Shown: in pieces, positions 31,559 to 39,498 of the stretch
Layout of the letters: every line of letters begins with the position of its first letter
Numbering within the stretch: the stretch's first letter is position 1
Assembly: GCA_963842395.1 (NCBI GenBank)
Contig: CAWJGJ010000002.1
Location: forward strand, 1,397,720-1,461,719
DNA: 64,000 nucleotides
Origin: an uncultured Acidimicrobiales bacterium
GTDB lineage: Bacteria > Actinomycetota > Acidimicrobiia > Acidimicrobiales > VFJN01
Direction of reading: 5' to 3'
Notes under the pieces: model-generated
Told to the model about the DNA's origin: nothing
What the model saw: only the letters and a program-made list of their open reading frames with translations
The model's database searches: none
Made by a program: the position numbers and the translations under genes

Positions 31559-31600
31559 GGGGCGATCCCCGATGCCCTCCCCGTCACCTGGGCGTACGTT
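31559..31600 (+). promoter_or_regulatory. GATCCCC-box promoter, copy 3
   Basis: GGGGCGATCCCCGATG (31559-31574), 20 nt, then TACGTT (31595-31600). An additional GATCCCC lies at 31511-31517. Confidence 0.55.
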
Positions 31601-31656
31601 GTCGCCATGGCCTCCCGGATGCGGGTGGAGGTCCCGAGCACCAGGAGTGCCCCGAA

Positions 31657-32878
31657 ATGAGCGTCATCGACTTCCTTCTCGACTACTTCCGCAGCGACGA
31701 GCAACAAGACGAGTTCGCGAACGATCCTGCGGCCTTCCTCGACGCCAACGCCCCCGACGGGCTGACCGCCGAGGCCATCCTCGCCGCCATGCCCGGCGTG
31801 TGCGCCGAGCTGCCCGCCGAGCAGGCCGACTCGCTGCGGACGGCCTACGGGCTGGACGGCTCGTCGGGCGACGGCGGCACCGGCGGCGGCGGTGGCAGTG
31901 GTGGCGGCGGTGGCGGGCGACATCGATCCCGGCTCACAACCCGCTTCCCCCGCCCCCCACCCCGGACCCGGGCGGCGACCCCCTCGAGAACCTGATCGAG
32001 CAGATCAACTACTACACGACCGTCACGAACGTCACGAACCAGACGTTCGAGGACAACGACGTCACGAACATCGACGACAGGGACACGCAGGTCGACCAGT
32101 CGGTCAACCAGGACATCACCGCCTTCGGCGATGTCACCCAGGACTTCGACAACGACGTCGTGTCCGGTGACGGCAACGCCCTGGCCGGCGACAACTCGCA
32201 GGTCAACAGCGGTGCCGGGGCCGTGCAGGCCGGTGGCGACATCGAGGACTCCAACGTCGTGACCGGCGCCGTCACCGACTCGGTCCTGGCCGACGACATC
32301 GAGGACTCGGTGGTCGGCGACGGCAACCAGGCCATCATCGACTCGTCGGTGGGCGCCGCCAGCTTCGGCGACGGCGACGCCACCAACGTCGACGCCCAGA
32401 ACGCCAACGTCGGCGACGGCACCCAGATCGTGGGCGGCAACGGCGACGTCAACGCCAACGTGGGCGACGGCGACTTCACCCAGATCGACGACTCCAACCT
32501 GAGCGAGTCGGTCGTGGGCGGCGGCACCGTGCAGTCCAACGACGTCGACATCACGGCCGACGACGGCGCCGCAGTGGGCTTCGGCGCCGGCTCCTCGGCC
32601 GAGGGCTCGAACGTCGACGTCGACGATGTCAGCGGCAACGTCCAGGTGGCCGGCGACGACTCGACCCAGGTCGTGGACCAGTCGACCGACAACTCGGTCA
32701 ACGACAGCTTCAACGCCACCGACAGCTTCAACGCCACCGACAACTCGGTGAACGAGTCAGCTACAACATCGAGGACAGCTTCGACACCGAGGTCGACGCC
32801 AGCGACAACTCGATCGACGTCGACGCCAGCGACAACTCCGTCGACGTCAGCGACGACGACGGTATCGACGTCGCCTGA
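31657..32878 (+). pseudogene. IniB N-terminal domain protein with Asp/Asn-rich repeat tail (paralog 3), two apparent frameshifts
   Basis: The N-terminus is MSVIDFLLDYFRSDEQQDEFANDPAAFLDANA. The frame breaks in the Gly-codon run at about 31915 and again at about 32757 (aacgagtcagctac versus aacgacagctac in paralog 2). The reconstructed end is ...SDDDGIDVA* with TGA at 32876-32878. Confidence 0.7.
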
Positions 32879-32994
32879 TCGCACTCATTGACGCACCGGC
32901 AACGGGGCCCCGGTTCACTGCTGGGGTCCCGTGCCGCGTGTACTGACACCCACTCGATCCGCGTTAGCGTTGCCGGGTACAAGGAGCTGCGCAC

Positions 32995-34901
32995 ATGGCG
33001 GGGAACCCCAACGCCGGCCAGAGGTCGGCGACCGTCCAACAGGCACTGTCCGTAGTCGACCTCGGGCGACAGGCGAGCACGGCGTACGACCGTCCCGACC
33101 TGGCCAGCCGGCTCGCGTTCACGCGCAAGCGCCTCGCCGACCCCGCCTTCCACGTGTTCGTCATCGGCGAGTTCAAGCAGGGCAAGTCGTCGCTGGTCAA
33201 CGCCCTGCTCAACGCACCCGTGTGCCCCGTCGACGACGACATCGCCACGTCGGTGCCCACCGCCATCCGCTACGGCGACCCGCCCGCCGCGGCCGTCCTG
33301 TTCGACCCGGGTGGCGACCTGTCCGATCCCACCCGCGAGCCGATCCGCGAGACCATCCCGGTCGACCAGGTCGCCCGCTACGTCACCGAGACGGCCGAGG
33401 TCGCCGGCGAGCGCCGGGTCAGCTCGGTCGAGGTGTCCCTGCCCCGCAAGCTGCTCAGCGACGGGCTCGTGATCGTCGACACCCCCGGCGTCGGGGGACT
33501 GGGCTCGGCCCACAGCGCCGCCACCATCGGGGCGCTGCCCCTGGCGGACGCCGTGGTGTTCGTCTCCGACGCCAGCCAGGAGTTCACCGGTCCCGAGCTG
33601 GATTTCCTGCAGACCGCCCGCCGCATGTGCCCCAACGTGGTGTGCGTGCTCACCAAGACCGACTTCTACCCGTCGTGGCGCAAGATCCGCGACCTCAACG
33701 TCGACCACCTGGCCCGCCAGGGGGTCCCGGCCGAGATCCTGTGCGTGTCGTCCTCGCTGCGGGTGCACGCCCTGCGGGCCAACGACCGCGAGCTCAACCG
33801 CGAGTCGGGCTTCCCCGAGCTGGCGGGGTACCTCCAGAACAAGATCGCCGGCAACGCCGAGAAGCTGAGCGTGCGGTCGGCCGTGAACGACGTCGTCGCC
33901 GTCGCCTCTCTGCTCGAGAGCCAGTTCCGCAGCGAGCGCGATGCCCTCGACAACCCCGAGGAAGCCCAGCGGGTGGTCGACAACCTCACCGAGCTCAAGG
34001 CCAAGGCCGAGCGGCTGAAGAGCGGCGTGTCGAAGTGGCAGCAGACGCTCACCGACGGCGTGGTCGACCTGCAGGCCGACGTCGACCACGACCTGCGGGC
34101 CCGGGTCCGGCAGGTGTCCCGCATGTCCGACGAAGCGATCGAGGCCAGCGACCCGGCGGAGACCTGGGAGGAGTTCGAGCCGTGGCTCACCCGGCGGGTC
34201 ACCGAGGAGGTCGTCCACAACTACACCTTCCTCCACGCCGCGCGCCGACGGCCTGATCGAGCGCGTGAGCGAGCACTTCGGCGAGGACGGCGCGGACATC
34301 GTCATCGACCTCGACGTCGCCAACCCCAGGGAGGTGCTGGGGACGGTCGACGCCAACACCGACGTCGAGCTCAGGAAGATGGGCGTCGGTGGGCAGAGCC
34401 TGACCATGCTGAAGGGCAGCTACGGCGGCATCATCATGTTCAGCGTGCTGGGGAGCATGGCCGGCCTGGCGGTCGGCGCGGTCGGCGGTCCCGCCGCGAT
34501 GATGGTCGGCCTCCTCATGGGCCGCTCGGCGCTGAAGGGCGAGAAGCAGCGCCAGCTCGCGAATCGCCGCGCCCAGGCCCGGCAGGCCGTACGTAAGTAC
34601 ACCGACGAGGTGAGCTTCGTCGTGGGCAAGGACTCCCGCGACACGCTGCGCCGCACCCAACGCCGCATGCGCGACTTCTTCGCGGCCCGAGCCGAGGAGC
34701 TGCACCGGTCGACCACGAGCGCGCTCGCCGCCGCCCAGCAGGCGGTGAAGTCCGACGCCTCCAGCCGCCAGAAGCGGCTGCGCGACGTCGACGCCGAGCT
34801 GAAGCGCATCGCGGTGCTGCGCGACCGGGCCTACGCGCTCGGCGCCCGAGCTCAAGGCCGGCGACAAGGCGGCCGGCGCCGCCGGGGGTGGCTCGTCGTG
34901 A
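32995..34901 (+). pseudogene. IniA-like bacterial dynamin-like GTPase, two apparent frameshifts
   Basis: AAGGAG SD. G1 motif VIGEFKQGKSSLVNAL and G3 motif VDTPGVGG are present. A hydrophobic paddle GGIIMFSVLGSMAGLAVGAVGGPAAMMVGLLMG follows. Breaks are at about 34245 and 34846. The reconstructed tail is ...APELKAGDKAAGAAGGGSS*, about 634 aa (M. tuberculosis IniA is about 640 aa, from memory). Confidence 0.75.
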
Positions 34902-36382
34902 ACGCTCGCACCAGCTCGACGCTGCTGGCCAGCGTGCGGCACCTGCTGGAGCAGGGCACGCAGTCTTACGCGCACGTGCCCGAGGCCCGGCAGCGCCTCC
35001 AGGCAGTGCTCGACCGGCTCGACGAGCCGCTGCGGGTCGCCATCGCCGGCAAGGTCAAGGCCGGCAAGTCCACGCTGCTCAACGCCCTGGTGGGCGAGGA
35101 GCTGGCACCCACCGACGCCGGCGAGTGCACCCGCATCGTCACCTGGTACCGCGACGGCATCACCTACCGGGCCACGCTCGAGCCCAAGCAGGGCGAGGCC
35201 CGCCAGGTGCCCTTCGCCCGCGACGGCGGGGCCATCAGCATCGATCTGGGCGGCACCGACCCCGAGGACGTGAACCGCCTGGTCATCGAGTGGCCGTCGT
35301 CGTCGCTGCGGCAGATGACGCTCATCGACACCCCGGGCATCGCCTCGCTGTCGACCGACGTGTCGGCCCGCACCATCGCCTTCCTCACCCCGGGCGAGGA
35401 CCAGGTGACCCCGGCCGACGCGGTGCTGTACCTGATGCGGCACCTGCACGCGTCCGACATCAACTTCCTCGAGGCGTTCCACGACGAGGAGTTCTCGCAG
35501 GCCACGCCGGTCAACGCCGTGGCCGTGCTGTCCCGGGCCGACGAGGTGGGCGTGGGGCGCATCGACTCGATGGCGTCGGCCCAGCGCATCGCCGCCCGCT
35601 ACCGCCACGACCCCAAGGTGCGGCGCCTGGCCCAGACCGTGGTCCCGGTCGCCGGCCTGCTGGCCCAGTCGGGGGCCACGCTGCGCGAGGCCGAGTACAA
35701 GGGCCTCGACGCCATCGCCAACGCACCCCGCGACGACGCCGAGGCGTTGTTCCTGTCGGCCGACCGGTTCGTGCAGGCCGAGACGCCCATCCCTCTCACC
35801 TCGATGGAGCGCGAGCACCTGCTCGACCGCTTCGGCCTGTTCGGCGTGCGGCTGGCCGTGGCGCTCATCCGCCAGGGCGCCGCCTCGACGGCCACCGCCC
35901 TGTCGACCGAGCTGGTGCGGCGCAGCGGCCTGGTCGAGCTGCGCGACGTGCTGCTCAGCCAGTTCGCGCAGCGGCGCGACGTGCTCAAGGCCCGGTCGGC
36001 CCTGCTGGCCCTCGAGTCGGTGTTGCACGAGTTCCCGGTGGCCGACGGCGAGGTCCTGGCCTCCGAGCTCGAGCGCATCACCTCGGCGGCCCACGAGTTC
36101 GCGGAGATCCGCCTGCTGAACGCCCTGCGGGCCAGCGGCATCAAGATCAAGCCGGCCGAGGCCGCCGAGATGGAGCGGGTGCTGGGGGCCGAGGGCAGCA
36201 GCATCCACACCCGCCTCGGCCTCAGCCCCGAAGCCGACGTGTCCGAGGTGCGGCGGGCATTGGGCAACGCCATCGGGCGGTGGCAGCGTCGGGCCGAGAG
36301 CCCTATGTCGTCGCGCGAGGTCGCGGACGCGGCCCGCGTGGTCATCCGATCCTGCGAAGGTCTGCTGGTCTCGCTGGGCTGA
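34898..36382 (+). CDS. IniC-like bacterial dynamin-like GTPase
   Basis: The GTG start overlaps the upstream stop (GTGA at 34898-34901). G1 motif IAGKVKAGKSTLLNALVG and G3 motif IDTPGIASL are present. 494 aa and intact (M. tuberculosis IniC is about 493 aa, from memory). Confidence 0.8.
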   Translation: MNARTSSTLLASVRHLLEQGTQSYAHVPEARQRLQAVLDRLDEPLRVAIAGKVKAGKSTLLNALVGEELAPTDAGECTRIVTWYRDGITYRATLEPKQGEARQVPFARDGGAISIDLGGTDPEDVNRLVIEWPSSSLRQMTLIDTPGIASLSTDVSARTIAFLTPGEDQVTPADAVLYLMRHLHASDINFLEAFHDEEFSQATPVNAVAVLSRADEVGVGRIDSMASAQRIAARYRHDPKVRRLAQTVVPVAGLLAQSGATLREAEYKGLDAIANAPRDDAEALFLSADRFVQAETPIPLTSMEREHLLDRFGLFGVRLAVALIRQGAASTATALSTELVRRSGLVELRDVLLSQFAQRRDVLKARSALLALESVLHEFPVADGEVLASELERITSAAHEFAEIRLLNALRASGIKIKPAEAAEMERVLGAEGSSIHTRLGLSPEADVSEVRRALGNAIGRWQRRAESPMSSREVADAARVVIRSCEGLLVSLG

Positions 36383-36409
36383 GCCTCGCGCTTTTCTGCT
36401 TCCTCGCTG

Positions 36410-38102
36410 GTGGAGATATCTGGGGGACACATCGACATGCCGAGCATGCGTGATGCCGACCGGGACGAGTCGTTGGCCGCCCTCACCGAACGCGACGAGC
36501 CGGCGCCGGGTTCGGCCGACTTCTGGTGGTCGGCGTCGCCGGGGGGCGCCATAGCTCCCCCGCCGCGATCCCCCGCCCCGGCCCCGGGCTCGCCCCTCCC
36601 CGGGACGCCCGTGCCCGACGCCGGCGACCCGGTCCCCGACGCACCCGTGACCGGCGACCCGGTGCCCGGCGCACCGGCCACCGCCACATCGGGCGCCCGC
36701 GCGCCGGACACCGACGAACCTGTCCCCGGCGACCCGGCCTCCTGGGGGCCCGGCGCCGACGATGCCGTCCCGCCGGCGTGGCGGGGGCCGGGGTACGTCC
36801 CGCCCCCGTCACCCGCGTACTCGCCCCCGGTGGTCCCGCCCGTGGCGCCGGTGCGCCCGCCCAGCCCCTACCGCGCGCCCGGTGCCGGAGCCCGAGCACG
36901 AGCCGCTGTCACAGGCCCAGCGGTCACGGCGAGCGGGCGGCCGCCTCCTCGTGGCCGGGGTGTCGCTCGTGGCCATCGCCGCGGGCGTCGTCGTGATCCA
37001 GGGGAGCGGCGGCGGCACCGACGACCCCGATCGCTACGTGTTCGGTCAGGTGGCCGCCACCTCGCCGGGGGTGACCATCCGTGCCGGCGCCGGCGAGGGC
37101 GACGAGCGCCCGCTGGCTCCCGGCGACGACGTCGAGGCCGGATCGGTGCTCGAGACCACCGCCGGCGCCTCGGCGTCCGTGGACCTCGCGCAGGGCGGGG
37201 CGCTACGGGTCGAGGGCGGGGCCCGTCTGGTGTTCGTCGACCTGGCCGCCGACCCCCAGACCGGCGCCGCCGCGGCGCGGGGCAAGCCGGCCATCCAGGT
37301 CGAGGGCGGGCGGGTGTGGCTCAACCCGCAGGGCCGGGAGCCATTCGAGGTGCAGGTGGTGGGGGGAACGGTCGGCACCACCGGCCACCCGGTGGCGATC
37401 GACTGCGACCCCGTGTGCGCGGTCGAGGCCCCCGCCGGCGGCGTGACCGTCACCACCCGGGCGGACGGCCGGTCGACCCCCGCCCCGGGCGAGCTCGTGA
37501 CCATCACCTCCGGAAACAGCTTCGAGGTCGAGCTCGCGGGCGAGCCGTCGGCCTGGGCCACCGAGAACCTGGCCGCCGACGGCGAGGCGGGCATCCCCGA
37601 GGACCCCGACGCCGGCGAGCCCGGCATCAGGGAGTCGGCGCTGTTCGGCGGCAGCTACTCCCTCGACCTCGAGGTGGTCGGGAGCCCCACCGGCGACGCC
37701 ATCCCCGAGCCGCTGCGCTACCCCCAGGGCAGCACCTACAACGTCACGGTGCTGGCCGACGGCACCACCTGTGACGCCCTGCCGTGCGCCGTGCCGGTCA
37801 GCGGCCTCGACGGCGGTGCGGGCTCGGCCGAGCTGGCCGACGCCACCGTCGCCCTCACGCTCGGCCAGACCATCGACTGTTTCGACGAGACCGACACGGC
37901 GGTGGTGGTGCCCGGCATCGGCACCACCACAGTCGACGTCACGCTCACGGTCGACGATGTCGCTTACGAGGGCGGCCGCTGGGTGGTCACGTCGCTCTCC
38001 GGCACGGGCGAGGTGTCGGCGCAGCTCACCAAGGTGTGCAACCCCACCGACGTCCTGGGCACCAGCACGTCGGCCGTGGAGGCGACGGGCGCGGCCAACT
38101 GA
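36410..38102 (+). pseudogene. Pro-rich cytoplasmic segment + single TM + FecR-like extracytoplasmic domain protein, one apparent frameshift
   Basis: High-GC3 Pro-rich coding runs in the first frame to about 36880. It then continues in the next frame with ...RRAGGRLLVAGVSLVAIAAGVVVI (TM) and a FecR-like segment, VTIRAGAGEGDERPLAPGDDVEAGSVLETTAGASASVDLAQGGALRVEGGARLVF. The start is uncertain (36410 GTG, 36437 ATG or 36446 ATG). Confidence 0.6.
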
Positions 38103-38127
38103 CCTCGGCCGGGCGACCCGGCCGAGG
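38103..38127. terminator. bidirectional stem-loop between convergent genes
   Basis: Perfect 11-bp stem CCTCGGCCGGG/CCCGGCCGAGG with loop CGA, starting right after the stop at 38102. Confidence 0.5.
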
Positions 38128-38160
38128 CGCCCGCCCGGAGCCGGTGGGTCGGCGGACGCG

Positions 38161-38210
38161 GACCAGGTGGTCAGCAGACCAGGTGGATCAGCAGACCAGG
38201 TGGATCAGGC
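38161..38210. repeat. 16-17-nt tandem repeat, 3 copies, overlapping the thiolase stop codon
   Basis: The three copies read GACCAGGTGGTCAGCA, GACCAGGTGGATCAGCA and GACCAGGTGGATCAG. The last copy contains the TGA (minus strand) of the thiolase gene. Confidence 0.75.
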
Positions 38211-39392
38211 CGAGAGCAGGATGGCGTCGCCCTGCCCGCCGCCGCCGCACAAGGCGGCGGCACCGGTGCCCCCACCCCGCCGCTTGAGCTCGTGCAGCAG
38301 CGTGAGCGCCACGCGGGTGCCCGACATGCCCACGGGGTGGCCGAGGGCGATGGCGCCGCCGTTGACGTTGACCACGTCGTCGGTGATGCCGAGGTCGGCC
38401 ATCGACGCCAGCCCGACGGCGGCGAACGCCTCGTTCAGCTCGAACAGGTCGATGTCACCCACGGACTTGCCGGAGGACTCGAGCGCGGCGTTGATGGCCC
38501 GCGACGGCTGGGTGAGCAGCGACGGGTCGGGGCCGGCCACCTGGCCGTAGCCGATGACCTCGCCGAGCGGCTCGACGCCGAGGCGCTCGGCCACCGCCTT
38601 CGACACCACCACCACGGCGGCGCCGCCGTCGGAGATCTGCGAGGCGTTGCCGGCGGTGATGTTGCCGGCCTTGTCGAACGCGGGGCGCAGGCCGGACAGC
38701 GACTCGACCGTGGTGCCCGGGCGGACGCCCTCGTCGGTGTCGACCACGACCGGGTCGCCCCGGCGCTGGGGCACCTCGACGGGCACGATCTCGTCGGCGA
38801 AGCGGCCCTCCTTGATGGCCGCGGCTGCCCGCTCGTGCGACTTGGCGGCCAGGTCGTCCTGGGGGGCCCGCTCGAGACCGGCGGAGGCGGCGTACTTCTC
38901 GGTGCCGGCGCCCATGGCCACCTGGTCGAAGGCGCAGAACAGGCCGTCGTACATCATCGAGTCGACCACGGACTTGTCGCCCAGCCGGTAGCCCTCGCGG
39001 GCCCCGGGCAGCAGGTAGGGCGCCTGGGTCATCGACTCCATGCCCCCGGCCACCACGATCTCCGCCGCACCCGCCTGGATGAGCAGGTCGGCGAGGAAGA
39101 TGGCGTTGAGGCCCGACAGGCACACCTTGTTGATGGTGGTGGCGGGCACGGTCATGGGGATGCCGGCGTTGGCGGCGGCCTGGCGGGCCGTGATCTGCCC
39201 GCCGCCGGCCTGGAGCACCTGACCCATGAACACGTAGTCGACCTGGTCGGGGGCGACGCCGGCGCGGTCCAGCGCGGCCTTGATGGCGAAGCCGCCCAGG
39301 TCGGTAGCGGCGAACCCGCCGAGCGCCCCGGAGAGCTTGCCGATCGGCGTACGGGCACCTGCCAGGATCACGGAACCAGCCATGGCGGCCAT
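38205..39392 (-). CDS. acetyl-CoA C-acetyltransferase (thiolase II)
   Basis: 395-aa intact ORF. It has the catalytic Cys region INKVCLSGLNAI, the NEAFAAV motif and C-terminal GGGQGDAILL. Confidence 0.9.
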   Translation of the reverse strand: MAAMAGSVILAGARTPIGKLSGALGGFAATDLGGFAIKAALDRAGVAPDQVDYVFMGQVLQAGGGQITARQAAANAGIPMTVPATTINKVCLSGLNAIFLADLLIQAGAAEIVVAGGMESMTQAPYLLPGAREGYRLGDKSVVDSMMYDGLFCAFDQVAMGAGTEKYAASAGLERAPQDDLAAKSHERAAAAIKEGRFADEIVPVEVPQRRGDPVVVDTDEGVRPGTTVESLSGLRPAFDKAGNITAGNASQISDGGAAVVVVSKAVAERLGVEPLGEVIGYGQVAGPDPSLLTQPSRAINAALESSGKSVGDIDLFELNEAFAAVGLASMADLGITDDVVNVNGGAIALGHPVGMSGTRVALTLLHELKRRGGGTGAAALCGGGGQGDAILLSA

Positions 39393-39498
39393 CCCCCATC
39401 GTTGTGGAACGTCACGAGCGACGCCGAGCCTACCCAGCGGTAGTGAGACCGCCTAAGTCGAGTCCGCGGCAGGGGCCGTCGGCTGAACGCCGTCGCCT

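Noticed and set aside
34265-36382. The single 705-aa ORF suggesting an IniA-C-terminus/IniC fusion protein.
   Set aside because: The junction segment (ARAQGRRQGGRRRRGWLV) has poor coding character. The adjacent frame gives a plausible C-terminus (APELKAGDKAAGAAGGGSS*) whose TGA overlaps a GTG start (GTGA at 34898-34901). The resulting sizes, about 634 and 494 aa, match separate IniA-like and IniC-like proteins.
36440-36900. Pro-rich repeats (GDPVPDAPVTGDPVPGAP...) as an independent repeat element or separate gene.
   Set aside because: The high-GC3 in-frame coding is continuous with the downstream TM/FecR-like protein apart from one single-base frame break. I interpret it as a low-complexity cytoplasmic N-terminal region.
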